64,000 nt of DNA from Tetramitus jugosus (taxonomy: Eukaryota > Protista > Heterolobosea). The DNA is taken from NCBI GenBank assembly GCA_937625935.1, contig OW569374.1, forward strand, positions 1 through 64,000. Direction: 5' to 3'. A program made the translations under genes and the position numbers. Numbering within the stretch: the stretch's first letter is position 1; each line of letters begins with the position of its first letter. The notes under the pieces are model-generated. The model saw only the letters and a program-made list of their open reading frames with translations. It was not told where the DNA came from and made no database searches. This document shows, one piece after another, positions 32,636 to 43,600 of this stretch.

Positions 32636-33310
32636 ATGAACGACAACACATCATTGAACAGTGTACTAGCAATTGATGTTGTTTTACACAACATTCTTCA
32701 GTATACTGATGGACCAGATCTACAAAACGTTATTTGTAGCAATCAGTTCCTTCATGACTTTGTTGTTGACAAGTACTTTTTACGGTCAAGAATGCAGAAC
32801 CAGTTTACCTGTGAAATTCCACTACACTTCATGAACAATGACACGACAACAATTGATGAAATGAGAGAGTGGATGTTTAGGAAGGGTGCGAGTATCCCGG
32901 CTTCAGATTTTTGGGTTGTTCATATGGGTGATGTTCACTGGAAGTGGCATGATGATCAGAATTCAAAATTTGGCCGAGTGGCAAGATTGCTCAATGTGTG
33001 TTGGACCCAGGTTGAAACGAGCAAGAGAGTGAAGCGTGGTGTGTACAAAGTGAAGTGGGGACTCCGTAGATATACCCCTCATTCCAGGATTGAGAATTGG
33101 AAGTTCTTGTCTCAAGTGGAGGAGGGACCGACCACAGAATACTGCTATTCTACAAAATTGCTCAACAAGAATCCAACTGATGAATGGTATGAATTGGATG
33201 TTGGTCAGATTAATCTAGATCAAACATCAGTGGTACACTTGAAGATTCATGACTTTAGTGGAACATGGAAAACCGGTGTGGATATTGGATATGTTAGGCT
33301 TGAGCAGTGA
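32636..33310 (+). CDS. F-box + PP2/Nictaba-like lectin protein
   Basis: N-terminal DVVLHNILQY; ARLLNVCW, WYELDVGQI and SGTWKTGVDIGYVRL are typical of the PP2 domain. Confidence 0.75.
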   Translation: MNDNTSLNSVLAIDVVLHNILQYTDGPDLQNVICSNQFLHDFVVDKYFLRSRMQNQFTCEIPLHFMNNDTTTIDEMREWMFRKGASIPASDFWVVHMGDVHWKWHDDQNSKFGRVARLLNVCWTQVETSKRVKRGVYKVKWGLRRYTPHSRIENWKFLSQVEEGPTTEYCYSTKLLNKNPTDEWYELDVGQINLDQTSVVHLKIHDFSGTWKTGVDIGYVRLEQ

Positions 33311-33399
33311 AGTTTGAGCAGTGAAATGGATTCAACACACAAAGTTTGTACAACAAAGTAAATATCATGCGAGAAAATAGTGTTCGAAAGTCAAACAAT

Positions 33400-35925
33400 C
33401 ATCTACAAGCATATTTTCAAGAATTTATTACATCGGATTATGTGCATAAACCCCTTTGGGTGGTGTAAATCCTTGCTTATACATTCTGGCATTGCCTTGA
33501 CAGCGAGTACACCACAGAACCCTAGCATCCTCATCTCTTTTCCCTCTCATCATAGCATTCACAGACAGTGCAGTGCGAATCGCCACCGCTTCAGAGAAGT
33601 TCTCAAGTCCGAAAGAACCCCATTCTGGGCCTACATAGAGTAACTCACTAGGGTATCTCTTCATTGCGACTGATTCGTGCTTCACGAGTCTCTTTCCTAT
33701 GCTCGAAACCTGAGCATCTTCATACTCGACAGAACACTGTTCATGTTGTTGGCTATACTCAACATCCTCTTTCGATTCAGCAACAATGTTGCAGTCGTCA
33801 ACATAAGCAATGTTCCAGATGTTTTGGGACATTGCCTGATAACCAATGGCACGTTGAGATGCAAACATTAACATTGTTTGATGCACCAAGACATACGTGG
33901 TGGGAGACAGTGATGAGGACGGGTCTTGAAAGTTGTCCTGCCAGTACCTGTGCCCTATTTCCAGTGACCATATCGTTTACAGTGTCACGATGTTCGGTGG
34001 ATAACCAAAGAACTCGTAGACTGTACTGATTGCGTTGTGGGGGACGGAGTCAAACGCCTTGGTGATATCACTAAGAAGTAGATACAGTTGTCTCTTCCTC
34101 CTATTCGCATCGTCTATGACCCCTGATGATTGAAAGCTTCTATCTGATATCTCTCATACATCTTCCCACCTTGTGTGTCTGTAAACACTTCACAACTCTC
34201 AGCTTGGGAGACTCTTTTGTTGAGCAGTCTCGTGTACACCTTTGACACTGAACTCAGCAGGCAAATAGGTCTGTAGTTATCCAGATTCCTATGATCTCCC
34301 TTTTTGTAGGCAGGTATAATGATGCTCTGCTTCCACTCTACGGGAAATCTGCCCGAGCTCTTTATGCTATTGAAGAAACATGCGAGGATCTCAGACAGTT
34401 CCCTTCTGTAGTTCCTGTTCTTGATGATCGGCGTCATGGGAGTGAAAGCTTCCCTCATCTCCCTATCCGTTTTGTTGAACTTCAATGATTCGAGGTGAAT
34501 CTAACTCTTCGCAGTAGACGAAGCGAAGAACATTCCAGGACTGATTTGTTCGGAAGTTCTTGATCTCTATCACCAGTCTGTTACTTGTCCTTCTCCTCTC
34601 CATGTGCAACTTCCTTAAGAGCAGATAGGGTTCCATCAAATAGTCGTCGTGGCCTTGCCCGTATTTAAGACATATATGAGCACCCTTGGCATGCTGTCCC
34701 ATCCCATCAGTTAAATCCTTGATCAGCACTTTCCTATGCTTCAAAAGTCATCTGATTCTTCGATTCTCTCTGACGATGGTATTGTCTTTGGTGGTTTTGG
34801 CAGATGGTTGCTGCTGATACCATTCTGGGTGTATGTGTTCTATATCTTTGATCGCCAGTCGATTGCACCACACCGAGTCAAGTCTGGATGATCCTTGATC
34901 CCTGAAGAATGTGTGAAACTTTGCCAAGCCTAGCACTTCCTGTACATCAAGTAAACCAATTGCTTTAGTGGTTCGAACAATTTTGAGTTGGGGTCCAGCC
35001 TGCCGGATGTTCTGTCCTCTAAATTGAGTACCGAATTGTGGTCGCCGACAATGAGTTTCCCCTCTACACTGCATGTACCAAGGATCTGTGTCAGCAACTC
35101 ATAGTGCTCTTCGTCAAAGATTGACGAACGTGTACTTGCTCGCCCCCTTGCTAACATTCACTGCCTGTATCCTGTCACTCGAATGGACCAATCCATAACA
35201 GTCAACTGATGTCACTCGAACTATTGTTGCCAGATACTTACTAGGAGTCTCACTGATCATAGTGTATTTATCCTTGACTACATTATGTTGGCCTTGATGT
35301 TGAACTGTTCGTCTATGTTGTGCGCTTCGTGAATCATTAAGATGTCTAAGTTGTCTGTTTCAAGGAATTTTAGGATATCACGGAACTTCCCCTTGATTCC
35401 GTTGACATTGTACCATACCACTCGGAGACTCATCATCAGTCATAGTTGTCACTTGAGATTCCATTCTTGGAGTCACTTCAACAACCTTTCTCACACTAGC
35501 CAATCTGGGAGGTGTCTTTCTTGTTTTCTTGATTGTGTATCTTGAGAGCCAATCAGATCTGGCTAGACGTTTACCGTTGTTGTTTTTAGGCGTAAGTGTT
35601 TCCTTTTCAAGTGTACTCTTCCGAACGTTGGTGATGAATCTCTCTGCCTCTGATCCCACTCTCCGTCGCACCAACTCCTTGCTTCTCCCTAGTTGGAGTG
35701 GCATGTTCCGCTAGGGTTTCTACTTTCCTCTTTCGATCATTTCCATGGGCTCTTCTTTCATCTTGTATATTCTCTTTCTGTTGACCATTTGTGTGTCAAT
35801 AGGTCTTTCTTGATACTTGCTGACAAATCCACTCTTTTTATCTATTGGCAATTGCACTGTCTTTTCTCTCTCAGACCCTCATAATCACCTCTTTCTCACA
35901 ACAAAGGCACTGTTGTGCTTCTTGA
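33400..35925 (-). mobile_element. Degenerate non-LTR retrotransposon (APE endonuclease + RT, L1/Tx1-like), with ORF1 remnant
   Basis: Minus-strand fragments in correct order: LRVVWYNVNGIKGK..DILMIHE (~35430), IVGDHNSVLN, SRLDSVW, FPVEWKQSIIIPAYKKGD..NYRPICLLS, LLSDITKAFDSVP (~34050), IAYVDD (~33800). Many stops and frameshifts. Confidence 0.9.
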
Positions 35926-35937
35926 TCTAGCCATAAT

Positions 35938-36010
35938 TCCTCCATGGCTCAGTTGGTAGAGCGTCAGGCTGTTAACCTGCAGGTCGTTGGTTCGAGCCCA
36001 ACTGGAGGAG
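35938..36010 (+). tRNA. tRNA-Asn (GTT)
   Basis: Acceptor stem TCCTCCA/TGGAGGA, D-arm GCTCAGTTGGTAGAGC, anticodon loop CTGTTAA, T-arm GGTTCGAGCCC, and a Pol III terminator TTTTT a few nt downstream. Confidence 0.96.
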
Positions 36011-36499
36011 ATAGTTTTTGGTCACTCTTCCTCTTCCTAATAAAACAGACATAAAAAGACTTAGGATGTCTTCAGCTTTTGCCATGTTTCATTATGTATT
36101 CATCACTGTGTTTGATGAAAAAGTCACCAACAAAATTTCGAGTGTTATCATCCACAGTTGAGATTGTTACCAATAGCGGTTGAAGTTGATTTTTTTAATG
36201 ATTGGTTACAGTCTTGGAGAGTACAATGCTTCCTTATCCTTGTGTCGAGATCAAAACGATTATATATATTATTGTAAAAAGGATATTCGAATTGATTATT
36301 GTCAATACAGATATCATGATTGATTCGATAGTTCTAAAAGCTTTTAGAATGTTTCTACACAGTTCTTGACGTGGTTTCTTTGTTTAAAGGTCGTCTTTGT
36401 GTGAGTGTCTTGTAAGTTGTATTGTCTCCTTGTCGTGTTTGGTATGGAAGTGTTCGTGATATTTTAATTGTTTTCATGCTGTTAATTTGTTATTCCCCG

Positions 36500-36722
36500 A
36501 CCAAACCACGAAAAACAACCCAAACACCAAAACAACCAAAACAGCGTCTCTGACGAGATGATTTTTCCAGTTTTGGATCAAAAGAACAAAACGGCAAAAC
36601 AACCATTAAACAATGCCAAGACAGAGCCTTAAAAACAAAAAAGGGACGAGTTCAAAGAATAGGACATGTGTGGTGAGTAGCAAGAATTAGTTCAAGACGC
36701 GCCAGCCATTGCTTGTACTTCT
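36500..36722 (+). mobile_element. Internally deleted relic of the 44.1-45.4 kb transposon-like element
   Basis: Colinear matches to 44104-44253 (GACGAGATGATTTTTCCAGTTT, AACCATTAAACAATGCCAAG) and 44591-44700 (GAGCCTTAAAAA, GGACATGTGTGGT, TTCAAGAC). Confidence 0.85.
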
Positions 36723-36899
36723 CCTTCCTTTTTTCGTTCTTCCTTTTGTTCGCCCCTTTTTCCTTCGGCTCTTTCTGGTGTTGCCGCAGTATTGAATTTC
36801 TCTCATTCGATGGAGTTGAACCCTAAGTTTGGTTATCAGATGTTCGTAACTACGAAGTGTAACAAATATCTGTTGAATATGTATATAGACTGTGTCATT

Positions 36900-37128
36900 C
36901 TTCGTTGTAGCAGTACAATTAAATCCAACATTGGCTGCAATCTGCCATGCACACCATTTGAGGTATGAGTACTTGACAAATTCAAGCCTTTTTCTTGCCT
37001 GTTTCGATTACCTCAAGCGTGTCAAGAAACAGTTGTCTAACGTTGATATCCCTCTTTTCAATCATGATGTACACAAACCATGGATTACGAGTAGTGGTGG
37101 TCTCCTCGATGTCCCCGTCCGGGAATCT
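36900..37128 (-). mobile_element. Short fragment of the same retroelement family, probably its 3' end
   Basis: Minus-strand CCTCAAATGGTGTGCATG (YLKWCAW) is shared with 39167-39184 at the end of the RT-bearing relic. It abuts the truncated tRNA flank. Confidence 0.55.
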
Positions 37129-37140
37129 TCTAGCCAAAAT

Positions 37141-37169
37141 TAGTTGGTAGAGCGTCAGGCTGTTAACCT
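37141..37169 (+). pseudogene. Truncated tRNA-Asn copy (D-loop to anticodon arm)
   Basis: AGTTGGTAGAGCGTCAGGCTGTTAACCT is identical to 35951-35978. Same 5' flank, TCTAGCCA(A/T)AATT. Confidence 0.85.
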
Positions 37170-37499
37170 TTATCAACTTTCCGCTTTCTTCAAAATGATT
37201 GAGAATTTTTCGGACAATCGGTATTTTATGGAAATCACCGAAGGAAGAACGTAAATTTGTTCTTCACCAAAGAACTAAAGTCCTCCACGTTCTTACAAGA
37301 CATAAAATTATACTCTATGCTTCTAGCACAGAGTTCACCACCTTGAAACAATGTCAACATCAGGCATCGCTCAAATGAGGAGGATATCAAAATCGATAGT
37401 TCCACTAATAAAGAACGGTTGAGTTATTGGTTGACGACGAGAGACAGCGGTGTGAGTTCAACTCTTTAACAATATTTACATAATTCTTTTTATGATACC

Positions 37500-38465
37500 G
37501 ATTCAACCTTTCGGTTCCTCCTGTTAATTGGTGGAATGTAATGCCTCAGTTGTATTCGAACCTTTTCCCTCAATCTCTTTTTTTTCCTTCCTTTGTGAAT
37601 TTTGGACATAGATGGTTCGATCACAAAGAACTCCTGATCTAATGTAGACAGAAGAACAAAGGTGCTCTCGGCAGAAATAAATTCGCTTCATAGGGGTGTG
37701 TCCCTGAAACATTTTGAAGGACAAGTACTTTGTAGTCACCAATGTATTGTCAGAGGGAAGGTTCAGTTCATTTTCGAGTATGTTGAGTGCCCCGAATATA
37801 TTTCTTTCAGAACGTCTACGTTTCATGGTATCTTGCTTTGTATTTGAAGTAGTTTAAGTTGTGCGAAATGAAATGTTGAATCTTTGTCTCTCCTTGTTCA
37901 ATTCAGTCAGTTTCGCCCAACCATTGTCGAAGTTTTGTTTTAGGTTGACCAAATGTGGGATGAAAGTTTTCGTGTCCATTGTCAACAACTTAACCGTTCT
38001 CTCATCTAATTTTCTCTAGGATTGTTCTTTATCTTTGTCCCAGGCAAACAATAACCCTTTGTCTTATGCCATATGTTTCACACAATTCTTAACAAAACGA
38101 CAGGTTGTACTCTCTTCATCAAAGTTGTGTTCTTTGTCACTTATTTCATACAGTTTTTCGTTCATCATAAAACCTTTCGCTTCTTCATGGACAATCTCAG
38201 TGCTGTTGGAGAATAGGGGTAATCCAACATGACCAAGTGGAACTTTTTTAAGCAGTGCTTGGAATTCTTTGTGATTTTGTATGATTAGTCGAGTCATTTC
38301 TCTTTTGGTAGTTGACACTACTCTTGGAACGCCTTCTACACTCCTCCAATTGAGTTCCATTAGTATGACAACTGAACGAAGGAAAGTGTATAGTTTGTTC
38401 GTCAAATTGAACAACAACTCCAATCGACATTTATCAATCTCGTTTCTTATCTGTTGATTACACAA
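37500..38465 (-). pseudogene. Disrupted ORF of unknown family
   Basis: ORF pieces 38064-38465 and 37524-37826 are in the same reading frame, separated by a few in-frame stops. Confidence 0.45.
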
Positions 38466-38519
38466 ATTACCACCAACTTTACTACCAATGGATCATGTTG
38501 CTGCTGATAAATCAGTTGT

Positions 38520-39200
38520 TGTTTGGTTTTTGGTGTCGAAGGTACAACGGAGGACGATATCAAGGCCATGCTTGGTATAAAAAGGTCAAGAACGCTCAAG
38601 GAGCACAACACCGCCCAATTGTTGTGATGGAGACTGAAACGGATGCCAAGCTACCTTTGTATCGCGACGTTAATTTCATGTCAGTGGAGATGGAAGCAAA
38701 GTGCCTCCTTCCACGACCACGTGATCCTATCAATTGGATATGACTACGGAGCTATGTGACTTCACCAGTAGTGCTACAGATGGGAGTAGAGCATGGAACG
38801 TCGCGTATGTGGATGATTCTAATCTCGTGGGAAGTGATAGAAAGGACATCAAGATGATTGCAAACTATCCGAATGAGGGGTTGATGAAGACATCCCCGAC
38901 CCACTCAGCGGAATTGTATGTCCGAAAACACGAGAAATCCCGGTCTATGGAGTTGTGGCAAGGACTCCTCACGAACCTAAATGGCTTCACTGTCAACAGA
39001 AAGAGCAAGTTGGGACAACAGGGAAAGGGTCATCAAGTGACTCCATGTAATGAGACTAACTGCCTGACTAGTAGCGAGGACTGAACTCGGATTCCATGTA
39101 GGAAAGATAATGAGACAGTCCAATCCCTCTCACCAATAACATATGGGAAGGATCACCGAAGCACTCCTCAAATGGTGTGCATGCAGAATGCACAAACAAC
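38520..39200 (+). mobile_element. Highly deleted relic of a related non-LTR retroelement
   Basis: AWNVAYVDDSNLV resembles IWNIAYVDDCNIV of the 33.8-kb copy. LKWCA motif shared with the 36.9-kb fragment. Confidence 0.7.
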
Positions 39201-39373
39201 TGTTTTTGTTTCTGTGATAGTTGTTGGTTGGCCAGTCGAAAGTACAGAATCAGACTTACACTGCTACTCTTTTCATTTCCAGCTCGTTCACAGGTACGCA
39301 GTGGAACACTACACAGAAGATGTGCCTATCCAACACTGGTGCAAGAAAAAGAACAGTAGAGCTCGAAATCAAT

Positions 39374-40471
39374 TTATAACTTGGAATAACCGTTGTCATT
39401 TGTTTGTTGAGGCGGTACATAGTTTTGATAAGTAGGTGGCTGTGATTGATAGTACGGTTGTTGATACTGCATGGGAGGTGGCACTTGAGAGTTGTAGTAC
39501 TGTTGTTGTTGTTGATAGGATGGAATGAGTTGTGCTGTGGGAACACCAAGCTGGGGTGTACCTTGCTGTTGATTGTATACTGTTGGAGCAGCCTCTGATA
39601 CACTGACAGGACTAAAGTTTGGTTGAACTTGCACCTGAGGCAACACGGACACTCGCTTCTCAATGGAAAACTCTTGAGTATAGCACAAGTAATCCACATA
39701 GAAGCAATAAGCAACACCCAACATTAAAAACACAGACAGATAGAAGAAGACAGAGCCAAACAATGGTGGTCTACGATTACCAACAAAGGTCAGGACATAG
39801 CTCTCAAAATTGGCAAGATCCATGCGCTCATAATAATCCATGTGTTGATCTCTCCAGCGATTATCAATCACAATCTGTGCCTGAGCATCCCTGTACGCAT
39901 TCAACGTTTGTTCATCCGTAAAGATCCAATTCTTTTTCAAGTACAGTTTCAAACAAGGCTTGTTCTTCTTTGCTTGCTGTTCGTCAATGGACAACAAGAA
40001 CACTTGAGAGACGTCTTCCCAGCTGACGTAACGGAACGGACGACTCTCCTGATGAGTCACCACTCTTCTCGTCTCTGTACTTGTGCTTGATCTTCCGTTT
40101 GCATCCGTAGTTGTTCTCGTAGTTGTTACATAGTGATAACAACTGACATTGAGCGAAATGTGAGGTGCACTGCGCTGCAATTCATGAACATACTCGTAGA
40201 CGGAGCCAGAGGACACTGAATTGGCCATAAAGCTTCTCGTTTCAGTACAGAAGCAAAAGATGCAATAAGCAAAGTAGGTGATCGTGATCCAGATACTGAA
40301 CTGGATACGTCCAATGAGTGCCAATGTGGCGTACCTGGAGTCACCTGAGACAGTGCCCTTTTTTTGACCATAGCGAAAGATTTCACAACTGACAAAAGCA
40401 ATGACCAGGGAGGTACAAATGATTTGGAAGATGAGAGCAAATGTACGCGTAATTTTTTCTCGGAGACCCAT
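39374..40471 (-). CDS. TMEM151-family membrane protein, copy 2
   Basis: Starts MGLREK. Long near-identical DNA blocks shared with 28790-29200. Confidence 0.78.
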   Translation of the reverse strand: MGLREKITRTFALIFQIICTSLVIAFVSCEIFRYGQKKGTVSGDSRYATLALIGRIQFSIWITITYFAYCIFCFCTETRSFMANSVSSGSVYEYVHELQRSAPHISLNVSCYHYVTTTRTTTDANGRSSTSTETRRVVTHQESRPFRYVSWEDVSQVFLLSIDEQQAKKNKPCLKLYLKKNWIFTDEQTLNAYRDAQAQIVIDNRWRDQHMDYYERMDLANFESYVLTFVGNRRPPLFGSVFFYLSVFLMLGVAYCFYVDYLCYTQEFSIEKRVSVLPQVQVQPNFSPVSVSEAAPTVYNQQQGTPQLGVPTAQLIPSYQQQQQYYNSQVPPPMQYQQPYYQSQPPTYQNYVPPQQTNDNGYSKL

Positions 40472-40682
40472 GACTGACACACAACAGAGTAGCGGCAGGT
40501 AGTTCTTGTGTGTGTGGGAAAAGTGGCTTGTTTTTTCCTTGCTGCAGAAGAAAAGTTCAAAACCTCCAGTTCGAGCCTGGAGAGTTTTTCCTCCGTGAAA
40601 AAGGAGAATTAGGAAGAGCGCGAAAGATTGTGCGACGTTTGATGGGTTTTCACCGTGAAAAGGTTTACTACTGAAACAGTTA

Positions 40683-43600
40683 TCATACAAGCTGTTGATA
40701 TCCTGCACCTGAACCAGTGTGTTCCTCTTCTTCATAGTAAGAGGAAACGCCTGTCATTGGATTGTTTTGGGCCTTTGTTTGGTTTTCGATTTGGATGAGT
40801 CGGGCCTTGGTGCTCACAACACTCTCCGAGTGAATCACAGCATCATGCAACAGAACAAACGAATGTTCTTGATCCATAATTTTGTGTCTCTCCAGTACTT
40901 CAGACATGGATTTCTTCACCTGAGCAAAATAGAGCTCAATATCGAGGCTGTCGAGCATATCCTTGATCTCCTTGAGGGTGTGCACTGCGGTGGAATCAAT
41001 CTGAGGAACACTCGAACAATCGAGGACGATACAGAACACCTTGTATGCTGAGCTCTCAATAAACTTTCTTAGTGTGTCCTTGAAGTAGCTCACGTTGGCA
41101 AAGTACATGTGAGAGTCAAATCTTGTGACGATGACACCAGGAATCTCACGGCATGTCTTCCGATTGTACTTGACGGCCACATAGGCTGTCGTGCCAGGAA
41201 TTCTACCAATTCTTTGGAATCGAGGTCGAGAAGAGCGCCATATCACCAGTACTAAACTTGTGGCAGCAGCAATTAATATTCCCTCTAGAATACCAACAAA
41301 CAATGTGCTCACAAATGCAAGGAGCAGCAATATGGTGTCTGTTTTCTTACTGTGCCAAGTGAAGAACAATTCGTGAATATCAGGAATTTTGGTGCAGGCA
41401 TAAATGATGATGGAAGCGAGGACAGCCATCGGCAAATAGTAAAACAGTGGAGTCAACACCCATAGGGTTAACATTACCATAATTGCACTCACAATACCAG
41501 AGACTGGACTCTTAGCGTTGGATCCAGCATTAACTGCAGTTCGAGATATGGATCCAGTCGATGGGAAAGCTCTAAAGAACGCTCCGACCAGATTAGCCAT
41601 TCCAAGTGCAATCAACTCTTGATTTGGATCTACATCATATCCATTCTTCATTGCAAAATGTTTAGCAATACCAATCGTTTCCATGAATCCAATAATGAAC
41701 ACTGGAAAACTCAATGCAACAACTTTCTCAAATTTTTGCAAAGTCCACGTACCAATCTGTGGTACAACAGGTTTGGGGAACCCGGATGGAATCGTACCTA
41801 CAATCTTAATACCAAATATTTCATTATCTGGCGCATTATAATGACCAATCACTTTTGTTAAAAAGACAGCCAATGTGCCAAAGAATACCAGCGCTAAATT
41901 TCCAGGGATTGCTTTGAGAGTGATTGTTTGAGGGACAGTTAACTTCCACCTCAATAAACGTATCGTATGTTTCTTTCCAAAATTGAATTTAAACTTATCA
42001 AACAAGTAGAGGAAACAGAAGCAACAGCAAGCCAATCCAACAGTTGGGAGATGCACGCCACTTATATTATTAATCAAATTTCGAATAAAATAATGAAGCC
42101 TGTTCTCCTTGGGTAAATAGATTCCCAATAAGCTTCCCATTTGCGATGAAGCAATAATAATGGCAGCAGCACTCGTAAAGCCACTCAGAACAGGATGAGA
42201 TAAAAAGTTGACAAGAAAACCGAGTCTAAATACTCCCATCAACACCTGAATAACTCCTCCGACTAATCCAAACATTAATGCGTACATTATATACAAATTT
42301 AAATCATCTCCCACATCAAGTTGCTGCAAAGATGATGCGAGCAACAGGGATGACATTGCTGAAGGTCCAACAGCCAACTCCCTCGAACTTCCAAACAGAG
42401 CATAAATCAGTAGAGGTACAAATGACGTGTATAAGCCATACACTGGTGGTAATCCAGCGATTAAACTATATGCCATCGCCTGAGGAATCAACATGACACC
42501 AACAGTTACACCAGCCATCACATCATCCTTGATATGAGAAATATGTTTAAAATATTGAGGTATCCATATCAAGAATGGCAAAAATTGTGCAACGAATTCA
42601 TATACTCGCCTCGCGCGTGATTTAGATGACTCAATCGATGGTTGTGCGATGAGAGATGCTACACGATCTTCGTCAATCCGTTGCTGATATGCGGCAGCAA
42701 CAGGAAACATCTCGCTAGGTATCGATTCAACATGCTCGTTATGCTCTGTACTCTCGTGATTTATAATTTTTTCATGTTCTCTCATCTTGTTCGAGTTTGC
42801 TTTGTCATTCACGTTTTTCGCTTGAGAATTAATTCGTTTCTGGTCATTGTTATTTCCACTGTTGTTATCCACAATTGTACAATCTCTCAACACTGACTCA
42901 TACGGCATAAACAATGTTTGCAGCTGGATAGCCAACTCTGTGTTTCCCTTTCTCTCATGACAAGCAATCAGCTCTAAAATAACACACATACAATGATACC
43001 ACACAAACACACACACACATAAAAATATAATACATTTAGCATTCATTGTCATCACCGTCTCGTTCAGACACCACATTTTCACTCACCCCTGTAAAAAGTA
43101 CTAAACAAACTATGCTTTGCTTGTCGAATCAATTTGTTATACTTTTGTTTTCGCGTAATCGAACGCAATTGCATTTCCAATGAATTCTTTAATCCTTGAT
43201 AAAAGTTGGTAAATGAAACCAAAGTTTCAGAAGTATTATCACTAATACTACTACCATGACTATGACTATGACTATTCAAATCATCACTATGACTTGCATC
43301 ATTCTTCAATTGAAAACTCAAAATTTTCATCAAATACTGATAATAATCAAAAATCTCTTCCAAAACATCACTCTTGTTCCTAATAATCGTCGTCACACCA
43401 GACCATTTTCGTTTCTCTTCTCTATAGTGTTCCATAAAATCAATTGACGTCAATGATTCCTTTTTCCACTCATTTTGTGGTTGCTTCTGCTGTTTCATTT
43501 CTTCATTTCGTTGTTCAAAAATCATGGGTGAATCATTGACAGTTACAATAGCAACACCAAATTCATTGCATTTTTGCTTAAACGTTCGCATAACGATAGA

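Noticed and set aside
37500-38465. Possible Fanzor/TnpB remnant
   Set aside because: No RuvC (GxDPG, E, D) or zinc-finger motifs visible. Kept only as an unidentified pseudogene.
40472-40735. N-terminal extension of TMEM151 copy 2 overlapping the SulP 3' end
   Set aside because: The paralog starts at MG(I/L)REK, so the extension is open promoter sequence.
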